From the IMG/VR virus record IMGVR_UViG_3300032330_000770, positions 1 through 24,930 of that record: a stretch of DNA of 24,930 nt; one strand, 5' to 3'. Position numbers and translations under genes: made by a program. The notes below the pieces were generated by a model. That model was not told the DNA's origin. It saw only the letters and a list, made by a program, of their open reading frames with translations, and did not search any database. Of this stretch, positions 1 to 8,802 are shown piece by piece. Position 1 is the first letter of the stretch. Each line of letters opens with the position of its first letter. Source of the stretch: a virus. Lineage: Duplodnaviria; Caudoviricetes.

Positions 1-795
1 GGAGGATTAGATGAGCATTTTAGGATGGTTCGAATTGGGAGCGATGTGCTTCCTGTATATACAGAGCCAAGTTTTGGTTATTTCTACAATCAACCAGGTG
101 TACGAAACTATGCTGAAAGAAAACTTGCTGAAGTTGGACGAGTGGCTCGTCTTCTTGATGTGCGTCTCAGTTTTCACCCTGGCCAGTTCACAGTGTTGGC
201 AAGTGATCGCCCAGATGTTGTTGAGCGTTCGATAGAAGAGTTTGAATATCACGTAGACATGATCCGTTGGATGGGCTACGGTGTAAAGTTCCAAGACTTT
301 AAGTGTAATGTGCATATCGCTGGCAAACAAGGCCATGAAGGCATACGAAAGGTATTAGGTCGGCTGAGTCCTGAGGCTCGTAATACCATAACTATCGAGA
401 ATGAGGAGAATAAACATGGACTTGATGATTGTCTCGCTATTGGTGATATCGTTCCTATCGTTTTGGATATCCACCATCATTTCATCAAAACAGGGGAATA
501 CATTCAACCCACGGATGACCGCACGAGATTGGTGGTGGACAGCTGGCGCGGTGTACGGCCTACTTTACATTACAGCGTCAGCCGCGAGGCTGATTTGGTT
601 GGCCATCCACTCGATGTAATGCCGGATATGAATCTGTTGTTAGAACAGGGCTATAAGAAACAAAAATTAAGAGCCCATTCTAACTACTACTGGAATACAG
701 CAGTTAATCAGTGGGCTCTTCAGTTTCGTGATGACTTCGATATCATGTGTGAATCGAAGTGTAAAAATCTAGCTAGTATTAAGCTGATTTCTTAG
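1..795 (+). CDS. uvsE: UV DNA damage endonuclease (UvsE/UVDE family), 5'-truncated by the window edge
   Basis: Frame is open from base 1 (GGLDEHFRMVRIGSDVLP). It carries the family motifs RIGSD.LP, RLSFHPGQFTVL.S, ITIENEE, VLDIHHH, P.LHYS, LRAHS and DIMCESKCKNLA. Confidence 0.93.
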   Translation, partial: GGLDEHFRMVRIGSDVLPVYTEPSFGYFYNQPGVRNYAERKLAEVGRVARLLDVRLSFHPGQFTVLASDRPDVVERSIEEFEYHVDMIRWMGYGVKFQDFKCNVHIAGKQGHEGIRKVLGRLSPEARNTITIENEENKHGLDDCLAIGDIVPIVLDIHHHFIKTGEYIQPTDDRTRLVVDSWRGVRPTLHYSVSREADLVGHPLDVMPDMNLLLEQGYKKQKLRAHSNYYWNTAVNQWALQFRDDFDIMCESKCKNLASIKLIS

Positions 796-1105
796 GACGT
801 CCGCCCTTCTTAACAGCAGCCACTACAACTTCCTCAGCCTTGGCCTCAACAGCCTTGGCTTTTGCCTTGGCCTTTGTAGCAACCTTCTTAACTTCGGCAA
901 CTACAACTTCTTCAACTTTAGCAGCTTCGATCTTAACTTCTTCAACAACCTTTGCTGCAACTACTTCAACAGCAGCCTTAGCATCAGCACCATCAACCTT
1001 GCCATCTTCGTTGACATCTAGACCCTTGCCCTTTGGCCAGTATCTATACATAACACCAACTAGTGCCAAAACGACAATACCTACGATAACTGTCTCAATA
1101 TCCAT
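779..1105 (-). CDS. Small membrane-anchored protein with an EF-hand/dockerin-like DxNxDGxVDxxD loop and an Ala/Lys/Glu-rich, basic C-terminus
   Basis: SD-like AAGGAG on the minus strand (+ strand ctcctt near 1114-1119). Hydrophobic N-terminal helix VIVGIVVLALVGVMY, then DVNEDGKVDGAD, and a C-terminal KKGGRPKK. Overlaps the uvsE end by 17 nt convergently. Confidence 0.75.
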   Translation of the reverse strand: MDIETVIVGIVVLALVGVMYRYWPKGKGLDVNEDGKVDGADAKAAVEVVAAKVVEEVKIEAAKVEEVVVAEVKKVATKAKAKAKAVEAKAEEVVVAAVKKGGRPKKSA

Positions 1106-1133
1106 TTACTTTTCTCCTTTAATCGAGTAGAAA

Positions 1134-1191
1134 TATTTAGTGATAAATATGAGTAGACGAAAAAAATCTTTCAAAGGACTTAGAATAAATA
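1134..1191. promoter_or_regulatory. Divergent cluster of TAAATA late-promoter-like motifs
   Basis: TAAATA on the minus strand at 1134-1139, upstream of the 779-1105 gene. ATAAATA on the + strand at 1143-1149 and 1185-1191, upstream of iscA. Resembles the T4 late consensus TATAAATA. Confidence 0.5.
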
Positions 1192-1193
1192 TC

Positions 1194-1541
1194 ATGATGA
1201 TTATAAATGTTACCGATTCAGCTAAAACACATATCACAAACGTTCTCAAGAACATGGATAAACCATATTTGGTTTTTGGATTAAAAGGCGGCGGATGTGC
1301 TGGCTTTGAATATTTCTGGGAACCAGCTGATGAAGATCTCTATGCCAAGAATGGCACACCAGAACGAGATGAATTCATCGAGTTAAATGACAATAAGAAA
1401 TTAATTGTAGATTGTACTAGTCTAGTTTACCTTTTTGGTAGTACTATTGATTACAAGAGCGACTTTGTTAGTAGCAGTCTAGTTGTAGAAAATCCAAACG
1501 CCAAATCAAGTTGCGGATGTGGCACAAGCATTGCTGTATAG
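1194..1541 (+). CDS. iscA: A-type iron-sulfur cluster carrier protein (HesB/IscA/SufA family)
   Basis: I.VTDSA N-terminus, GGGCAGFEY, YLFGSTIDY and NPNAKSSCGCGTS, with all three conserved Cys present. Start is probably ATG 1194 or 1197, not GTG 1140. The subfamily (IscA/SufA/ErpA) cannot be resolved by eye. Confidence 0.9.
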   Translation: MMIINVTDSAKTHITNVLKNMDKPYLVFGLKGGGCAGFEYFWEPADEDLYAKNGTPERDEFIELNDNKKLIVDCTSLVYLFGSTIDYKSDFVSSSLVVENPNAKSSCGCGTSIAV

Positions 1542-1553
1542 AACGGAGATATC

Positions 1554-4500
1554 ATGTCAGTTAAGAAAATCAATATAGGTCTTGAAGGAAATGATGCTAC
1601 TGGCGATCCAATCCGAGTAGCATTTACTAAAGTTAATGAAAATTTTGATGAAATCTACAAAGCTGCTGGTATTGTAGCAGGATTATCATTTACTAGTCTA
1701 TCCGAATACGATGCTGATCTTGTAGCAAATACAATATTCATGGTTGATCCTGTAGGACAGAAAATATTACCAAAGACTCTTCAAGGTGATGGAATAACAC
1801 TTGATTATGCTACTCCGGGTAAGATTATTCTAAGGAGTAAAGGTGGGCAAATTATTAATGACAGTACTCCTGTTCTTGGTGGTGATCTTAATGCCAGAAA
1901 CCTATTTACAATTTTTAATCTAAAAGACGGTGATCAGACTGACGTTACAAAGCTAGCAGAATATGGAGTAACAAATACTGATAGCTTTGCTATAACTAGA
2001 GGATTTGCTAATCTAAACTATGTCAACGTTTCTGGCGATACTATGACCGGTGCATTAATTGTTCCAGCAGGTGCTACAGGAACCCAAGTTCCAAGAGTAC
2101 AAGAAGTTGTTACACTCGGTGGGTCTGATGCTAACAGAACAATGACTGCTCCGTTATATCTATCTGACCACCCCGGTGATATTGCTGGACAAGGCTCTCC
2201 AAACGGAGACGATGATCTACAAGCAGCTACTAAGCTATATGTTGATACTACATCTTTTTCTAGCGTAGTTAACCTATATGTCAGTACGAATGGTGATGAT
2301 TTTAGATTCAATGTACCAGACGAAAAAAGAGGAAGAGCTCTAGCTTATTCTTTTAAAAGCGTCAATCAAGCTTGCTTTAAAGCAATAAAAATAATAGAAG
2401 ATGCAGCAAACGAATTAGGTCCTTATCAAAAGCCAATATTCTATGGTAGTAGTACATATCGATCAGTTGTAGATAATATAATGCTCAATAACGGAAGTAC
2501 AACTGAATATACCTTAACTATTACTAATGGTAATATCGCTAGTGGTACTGATATGCGAGGAACTCCAAACAATGTTGCTTCTCTTGATGTTAGAGCTGGC
2601 CATTTAATAAGAGGAACTACAAGTGGTGCTACTGTAGTAATTGATCTAATTGGATCTATCAATGTTAGTGCTGGAACAGAAAACTATCAAGTCCATTATA
2701 CTCCAAATTCACCAGAATTTATAGAAGATGAGGAACTTGAATATGGTGAAGCTGTAAAGGCTAAAGATATTACTATCTACATCGAGAGTGGAGAATATTT
2801 TGAAAATCTCCCAATACGTGTTCCTAATAATGTTTCTATATGCGGTGACGATCTACGTCGAGTTATTATACGTCCAAGACCAGGTATAAGCTGTAGCATA
2901 TGGAGTGATACTTATTTTAGAAGAGACCCTATCATTGATGGATTACAAGTAACACAAGATAGTGAACAACCGTTTGGCTATCACTATCTTTCTGATTCAA
3001 CTAAAAGTTTTTACAGCAAGACAGTTACAAGCCCAGGTGGGTTTACAAAGTCTCTAAAAATATTACATGCTAACAGAGCATTCATACAAGATGAAATGGT
3101 AGCATATATCGATTATCAGATAGCTCATAATGTATCTCCATATATTGGACTTGTTCTTACTACAGAACAAAAGGAACTTTGTCATAGAGATATTGGGTCA
3201 ATAGTTGATGCTTTAGGTTTTGATTTAATGTACGGTGGATATAGCAAATCATTAGAAGCTGCTATGAGTTTCTTTATGAATCCTAGTGCATTACTAGTGG
3301 TCAATAATACAAATAATTATCTAACAGATGCATTGACTCGCTTATCTACTATTGTAAAAAGAATAATAAAACAGTTATGGGATTCGTCAGATAATCAACG
3401 TTCAACTGGTACTCCAAAATTTGGATTCCCATCTTACTCTCCTAGCGAAACTGATTTTGAAACAACTATTAATAGTTTAATACTGTTAATGAAGGACATA
3501 CTTAATGAAGATCCATCTATTAATAAACCATTAAAAAATGACGAGATGGATGTATTCATGTTGAATGATTCTAATAGAATTAGAACATTGAGCGGACAAG
3601 GACATGGCGGATTTATGTGTGTACTCGATCCCGCTGGGCAGATCCTCACTAAGTCACCATATATACAACAGTGTTCATCATTTGCTAAGAGCATAAACAA
3701 GCAGCACTTTGCAGGTGGTGTATTTGTTGATGCGTTTACTGGAAATCTACAATGTTCAATTACTGCTAGATCATATAATAGTACATCTGGCTTAACAACA
3801 ATAACAGTAACAGGACTTACGAAAAGAGTTCCGCAATTACCAACATCATTCTTTTATGAAGGTGTTAGATTTGAAATTGACTTTATTACACCAGTAGTTC
3901 CGGCAGTTTCTGGATCATATATATTATATCTAAGCCAAAGCACACCTGACGTTGATGCATATACTAAAAACGGTGTATTATTAACAGCTCCAGTTTCTCC
4001 TGCAACTAAGACAATTGAAATACAAACAGCTGGTAATAGATCTATGCTAGCAAGTGACTTTACACAAATCAATGATCTAGGTTATGGTATATTTGTAACT
4101 AATAACGCATTCTTTGAAGCAGTTAGCGTGTTTACTTACTATAATTATAGAGCATATTATGCACTAAATGGTGCACAGATTCGAAGCTTAAACGGATCAT
4201 GTGGTTATGGTAAGTATGCGTTAAGTGCCGAAGGACGAGATCCAACTGAAGTTCCAACTGGTGCTACATTAAAAGAACCAATGGTTAAGATATTGCCAAC
4301 ATACTATGGAGTGGATTTTCCAGATGCTAATAAAAAGGGAGATCTAGCAGTATATGTTACAATAGCTAACGATGACAAAACAGCAAAACCATACGATGTT
4401 CCGTTTACTACTAGTGAAATAGAAATAGATCATACTAGTGCTGGTGGGGGCTTTACTAGATATGCTATTAAAAATGCAGTAGAAACATCAACATCTGGAG

Positions 4501-7403
4501 TTTATGTTTTAAACTTTGATACAACAGGAAATACTAATACAGATTCACTAGCATTAAAATATGATCTACCCAATAGTTCTATTAGTATTATAGTAAGAAA
4601 CTTAAGAGAATTTGAATTAGAAGATCTAGCATCTACAGATACAACAAGATCAAGTAATGCTTTAAGATTCACTGATGATACCAATGTTTATCATATATTA
4701 CAATATATTCCAGATCCTGATTATGATGTTAACCCAATCACTGCGGTTGTGGACCTCAATGAATCATTTAATTATATAACTATAACACCAAAAGACGGTG
4801 GAGTATTTGGTGCGATTACTGATACTAAAATTGATGTTGAATCAACTTTTACAGTAGATGAACTTGTCCTTATTAATAGCGGTAACATGATATTTGGTTG
4901 GGGAAGCAAGGTACTCGGAATATCAGGATATACAGCAGCAGTTGGTCTTACTTCAGCTTTTATATCACTTAAAGATGCTGGTTATGGTAATCAATTAGGA
5001 AAGAGTGTTTTACGATCAGACTATCCAAATAAACCAATAGTTCTAAGAGCAGGGTTTAATGCAGGAGTGACTGGTTCTATTACAACACAGATATCATTGA
5101 TGAGAGCCACTGGACACGATCTAGTTGATATCGGTACTGGAAGCTTTGCTGATTCTAATATCCCAGCTAATATCTACGGTGTTCCAGCTAATACTAAAAG
5201 ACAGGAAAATGAAGTAAGAGAAATAGGTGAAGGTCGTGTATTTTATGCTACTACAGACCAAGATGGTAACATACGATTTGGCAAGTACTTTAGCGTTAAC
5301 CAAGGAACTGGAACTGTAAAGTTTGCTGCTAATACATCAATTTCTAATCTAGACGGTTTAGGATTTACACACGGGCTCGAAATCAACGAGTTTAGTGCCG
5401 ATCCAACATTCTCAAGACATTCAGCTAAAGTTGTTCCAGTTGAATCGGCAATATCAGACTTTGTTAGCAGAAGATTAGGTCTTACATATAATGGACCATC
5501 TGGATCTTATGCTATTTCAAGCCAGAAGTTAGGTCCAGGGTTCCTTTCACTCGATGGGCTAACTCCATTCGGTAATGGTGATCCAGATAATTCATTGAAC
5601 ATGGATAGTCATAGAATTGTAAATCTATCATCTCCTACTACTAGCTTAGATGCTACTAATAAAGGCTATGTAGATGCGTTCTTTAGGAGAAGTGGCGGAG
5701 TTTCTAGATCCATAGATTCTTTTGTTATGTCTTCTACTACTGATCATACTATATCAAACGTAAGTAGGACTACTAGTTCATATACTGTAACTCTTGATCT
5801 CGAACATGCTATTATGGCCGGAGATTATATAAGATTAAGTAGTATAAATTCTCCATACGGGAATTTCCAAACAGCTTCTTTTACTGCAACAGCTACTACT
5901 GTAACAACTAATACAATCAGTATATCAAGTACTACAAAATTAGCAGTAAATGATAAGATAATATTTACTGGTACTGGGTTTGGTAATTTAACTAGTGGGA
6001 CTACATATTATGTAAAAACAATCGGATCCGGAAATATTACTCTAAGTCTAACTCTTGGTGGTGTAGCAGTTTCTCTTATTACAGATACAGGAACTATGAC
6101 TGGATATCAATGGGTACTAGTATCATCAGTTACTTCAAGTACAATAACTTATAGGAACTTAGTAACTGAAACAACATCATTATCAACAACAACAACGTCT
6201 GGTATTTTAGTGTCAAATAGTAATATTGGAATGAATAATTCTAGAGTGATTGGGTTAGGAAGTCCTATAAACACAACTGATGCTACTACTAAAGGATATG
6301 TTGATAGTGCGATTGCTGATGCTATAGCTACTAAAGATCAGTTAAGTGAGCTTAGTGATGTAACTATAACAAGTCCTGCAAATAACAATCTTTTCATATA
6401 TAATGGGGCTAAATGGGTCAATGGTGCTCAGGCAGGTGATGTTACTTTTGCTATAAGTGGAAATACAGCAACTAGTACTATTGGTTCTGATAAGATAACC
6501 AATAGTATGATTTCAAGCAGTGCTGCGATTGTACAGAGTAAATTAAGTCTTAGTGATGCTACCGCTGCTGCTACATCAGGTGCTGCTACAAAGGGTATAT
6601 CTAGTTTCAATAGCGGGAATTTTACTGCTACTAGTGGATATGTGAGTCTAGCAGATAACGGTATTGTCCTTGGAAAACTTGAAACAATTGGCGATGGATA
6701 TGTATTAGGCAATAATTCCGGAGCTACAACAAACGTATCAAAGGTAACGTTTGCTAATGCTTTAGATTCAGCAATAACATTGCCAGCTGCCGGTTTAATA
6801 GCAAGAGGCTCTACAGCGTCTTTTAGTACTATTAGCTATGCAGTTGAAACTGGAAGTAATACTATAGTACAAAGAGATGCTAGCGGAAACTTTGGAGCTA
6901 ATATTATAACAGCTAGTTTCAACGGATCTATTGAAACTAGAGCAATTACAACAGGTGATGAAGATACAACTGGTACTATTACTGGAAGATGGTCACTTGT
7001 TGGTAATAGCAGATTGACTGCAACTTATGCTGACTTAGCAGAATATTATGAAGCAGACAATGGTTACGATTACGGAACAGTAGTAATGATCGGCGGAGAT
7101 AAAGAAATCACTATTGCTAAAGGTCAAGGAAATACTAAGGTTGCTGGAGTAGTTTCAAAAAATCCTGCCTTTATTATGAATGAGAAATGTAAAGGTATAA
7201 AATTAGCAATAGCATTACAAGGGCGTGTACCTTGTAGAGTTGTTGGAACTGTGCGAAAAGGTGATCTATTAGTAGTAAGCATGGTACCAGGTGTTGCTAT
7301 GGTAAGTGACGATCCTAAAGCTGGCAGCATTATTGGTAAGGCTCTTGGAAATTATGATTCAAGCCGAGTTGGTTTGGTAGAAGTGTTAGTAGGCAAACAC
7401 TAA
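1554..7403 (+). CDS. Giant tail fibre/spike (1949 aa): gp9/gp10-like N-terminal anchor, interrupted parallel beta-helix, DAxxKxYVD stalk repeats and a C-terminal peptidase-G2-like autocleaving chaperone
   Basis: N-terminus INIGLEGNDATGDPIRVAFTKVNENFDEIY resembles T4 gp9/gp10. Pectin-lyase-like segments LYVSTNGDD, IYIESGEYFE..PIRVPNNVSICGD and SPYIQQCSSF. Repeats AATKLYVD, DATNKGYVD and DATTKGYVD. C-terminal ADLAEYY...VAGVVS.NPA..MN...IAL.GRVPC.V.G.V.KGDLLV. SD GGAG upstream. Confidence 0.8.
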   Translation: MSVKKINIGLEGNDATGDPIRVAFTKVNENFDEIYKAAGIVAGLSFTSLSEYDADLVANTIFMVDPVGQKILPKTLQGDGITLDYATPGKIILRSKGGQIINDSTPVLGGDLNARNLFTIFNLKDGDQTDVTKLAEYGVTNTDSFAITRGFANLNYVNVSGDTMTGALIVPAGATGTQVPRVQEVVTLGGSDANRTMTAPLYLSDHPGDIAGQGSPNGDDDLQAATKLYVDTTSFSSVVNLYVSTNGDDFRFNVPDEKRGRALAYSFKSVNQACFKAIKIIEDAANELGPYQKPIFYGSSTYRSVVDNIMLNNGSTTEYTLTITNGNIASGTDMRGTPNNVASLDVRAGHLIRGTTSGATVVIDLIGSINVSAGTENYQVHYTPNSPEFIEDEELEYGEAVKAKDITIYIESGEYFENLPIRVPNNVSICGDDLRRVIIRPRPGISCSIWSDTYFRRDPIIDGLQVTQDSEQPFGYHYLSDSTKSFYSKTVTSPGGFTKSLKILHANRAFIQDEMVAYIDYQIAHNVSPYIGLVLTTEQKELCHRDIGSIVDALGFDLMYGGYSKSLEAAMSFFMNPSALLVVNNTNNYLTDALTRLSTIVKRIIKQLWDSSDNQRSTGTPKFGFPSYSPSETDFETTINSLILLMKDILNEDPSINKPLKNDEMDVFMLNDSNRIRTLSGQGHGGFMCVLDPAGQILTKSPYIQQCSSFAKSINKQHFAGGVFVDAFTGNLQCSITARSYNSTSGLTTITVTGLTKRVPQLPTSFFYEGVRFEIDFITPVVPAVSGSYILYLSQSTPDVDAYTKNGVLLTAPVSPATKTIEIQTAGNRSMLASDFTQINDLGYGIFVTNNAFFEAVSVFTYYNYRAYYALNGAQIRSLNGSCGYGKYALSAEGRDPTEVPTGATLKEPMVKILPTYYGVDFPDANKKGDLAVYVTIANDDKTAKPYDVPFTTSEIEIDHTSAGGGFTRYAIKNAVETSTSGVYVLNFDTTGNTNTDSLALKYDLPNSSISIIVRNLREFELEDLASTDTTRSSNALRFTDDTNVYHILQYIPDPDYDVNPITAVVDLNESFNYITITPKDGGVFGAITDTKIDVESTFTVDELVLINSGNMIFGWGSKVLGISGYTAAVGLTSAFISLKDAGYGNQLGKSVLRSDYPNKPIVLRAGFNAGVTGSITTQISLMRATGHDLVDIGTGSFADSNIPANIYGVPANTKRQENEVREIGEGRVFYATTDQDGNIRFGKYFSVNQGTGTVKFAANTSISNLDGLGFTHGLEINEFSADPTFSRHSAKVVPVESAISDFVSRRLGLTYNGPSGSYAISSQKLGPGFLSLDGLTPFGNGDPDNSLNMDSHRIVNLSSPTTSLDATNKGYVDAFFRRSGGVSRSIDSFVMSSTTDHTISNVSRTTSSYTVTLDLEHAIMAGDYIRLSSINSPYGNFQTASFTATATTVTTNTISISSTTKLAVNDKIIFTGTGFGNLTSGTTYYVKTIGSGNITLSLTLGGVAVSLITDTGTMTGYQWVLVSSVTSSTITYRNLVTETTSLSTTTTSGILVSNSNIGMNNSRVIGLGSPINTTDATTKGYVDSAIADAIATKDQLSELSDVTITSPANNNLFIYNGAKWVNGAQAGDVTFAISGNTATSTIGSDKITNSMISSSAAIVQSKLSLSDATAAATSGAATKGISSFNSGNFTATSGYVSLADNGIVLGKLETIGDGYVLGNNSGATTNVSKVTFANALDSAITLPAAGLIARGSTASFSTISYAVETGSNTIVQRDASGNFGANIITASFNGSIETRAITTGDEDTTGTITGRWSLVGNSRLTATYADLAEYYEADNGYDYGTVVMIGGDKEITIAKGQGNTKVAGVVSKNPAFIMNEKCKGIKLAIALQGRVPCRVVGTVRKGDLLVVSMVPGVAMVSDDPKAGSIIGKALGNYDSSRVGLVEVLVGKH

Positions 7404-7409
7404 TAAATA
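7403..7409 (+). promoter_or_regulatory. ATAAATA late-promoter-like motif
   Basis: Lies in the short intergenic gap about 20 nt upstream of ATG 7429. The same motif precedes other structural genes. Confidence 0.5.
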
Positions 7410-7428
7410 TAACAAGGGCAGGAAATAG

Positions 7429-8802
7429 ATGGCTATAAAAGTAATAAATGTTGGTAGTGGTATCAATGATGGATCCGGTGATGATCTACGAACTGCTTTT
7501 GTTAAAGTAAATGACAATTTTGATGAACTTAATAATCGACAGATTAGTGCTAGTAATATTGGAACTGGTCTAGGATTATTCAAAGAAAGAATTGCAAGTG
7601 ATCTTAAATTTAGATCATTATCATCTGGAAGTAACATATCATTAACTTACTCTGGAGATTCAGTTGTAGTTGCCGTAGCAATAACTAGTGACTTAAATCT
7701 TAATAGCCATAATATAACTAATGGTAACTTAATAGGCAATGTAACTGGAAATGTTACTGGAAATTTAACAGGTAACGTAACTGGTGATTTAACAGGTAAT
7801 AGTACTGGAATTCATACAGGTAATGTAACTGGAAATGTTACAGGAAATTTAACAGGTAACGTAACTGGTGATTTAACAGGTAATAGTACTGGAATTCATA
7901 CAGGTAATGTAACTGGAAATGTTACTGGAAATGTAACTGGTAATACGTCAACAGCAACTAAACTATATGCTACTAAAAATATTCAAGGAGTAGCATTTGA
8001 CGGGTCTTCTGATATAACTGTAATTACTGCTGGTACAGGTGTTTCAGTTAGCGGTACAGCAATTAGTATTGGGCAACCTGTTAGTACCACTAGTAATGTA
8101 CAATTTAATAATGTTAGAGTAGATGGCAATTTAACAGTTAATGGAACAACTACTTCAATTAATTCTACTACATTAGATGTAGTAGATAAGAATATTACTT
8201 TAGCAAAAGTAGATACTCCTAGTGATATTACTGCTGATGGTGCAGGTATTACGATCAAAGGATCTAACGATAAGACATTAACGTATACATCAACTGATGA
8301 CAAGTTTGTTTTTAATAAGCGTGTTGATGCTCCAACTTTTTACGGCAATTTCTTTGGTAATTTAACAGGAAATGTTAGTGGTAACAATCTAGGAGATATT
8401 GATTTTGGAAATATAAACTCTATAGATATAAATGTTATAGAATTTATATTACAAGCAATAACTGTTGATCTTGGATCGATTACCTCTCCGGGATCTTTTA
8501 GCGTAGATTTAGGTAATATTACTTTATCGGATCTTTTAGAAATATCAAATACTGCTAGTGAAATAGATGGTGGTGTAACAGTTGATAGTTATACATATCT
8601 AGCAGATAACGGATCAGCTACAACAACAGTTTATACATTTGAATTTGATGGGGGGTCGGCATTTGATGATCTTCCGGAATTAATAAATAGTGTTAGTGAA
8701 ATCGAAGGCGGCGGATCTACAGATGGCTATAATTATCTAGCAGATAACGGATCAGCTACAACAACAGTTTATACATTTGAATTTGATGGGGGATCAGTAT
8801 AA
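7429..8802 (+). CDS. Baseplate-anchored fibre/adaptor with gp9/gp10-like N-terminus, GNVT repeats and an acidic C-terminus with repeated DxG/DGG motifs
   Basis: N-terminus INVGSGINDGSGDDLRTAFVKVNDNFDEL. (GNVT/GNLT)n tract. C-terminal IDFG, VDLG, VDLG, IDGG, ADNG, FDGG, IEGG, ADNG, FDGG. Confidence 0.75.
   Translation: MAIKVINVGSGINDGSGDDLRTAFVKVNDNFDELNNRQISASNIGTGLGLFKERIASDLKFRSLSSGSNISLTYSGDSVVVAVAITSDLNLNSHNITNGNLIGNVTGNVTGNLTGNVTGDLTGNSTGIHTGNVTGNVTGNLTGNVTGDLTGNSTGIHTGNVTGNVTGNVTGNTSTATKLYATKNIQGVAFDGSSDITVITAGTGVSVSGTAISIGQPVSTTSNVQFNNVRVDGNLTVNGTTTSINSTTLDVVDKNITLAKVDTPSDITADGAGITIKGSNDKTLTYTSTDDKFVFNKRVDAPTFYGNFFGNLTGNVSGNNLGDIDFGNINSIDINVIEFILQAITVDLGSITSPGSFSVDLGNITLSDLLEISNTASEIDGGVTVDSYTYLADNGSATTTVYTFEFDGGSAFDDLPELINSVSEIEGGGSTDGYNYLADNGSATTTVYTFEFDGGSV
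7738..7932 (+). repeat. 84-bp tandem duplication (about 2.3 copies) built from 12-bp GNVT-type units
   Basis: 7738-7821 and 7822-7905 differ at one synonymous base, followed by a partial third copy. The unit encodes NVTGNVTGNLTGNVTGDLTGNSTGIHTG. Confidence 0.9.
8596..8792 (+). repeat. 59-bp exact direct repeat within a 138-bp (46-aa) C-terminal duplication
   Basis: tatctagcagataacggatcagctacaacaacagtttatacatttgaatttgatggggg occurs at 8596-8654 and 8734-8792 and encodes YLADNGSATTTVYTFEFDGG. Confidence 0.92.

Noticed and set aside
840-1130. + strand 96-aa ORF, and the many short minus-strand ORFs inside the large genes
   Set aside because: These are antisense or alternate-frame shadows of well-supported genes, with no RBS or recognisable motifs.
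1189-1556. atatcatg shared by the iscA start and the fibre gene start, as another junction duplication
   Set aside because: Only 8 bp in AT-rich DNA and it includes the ATG itself; it cannot be distinguished from chance.
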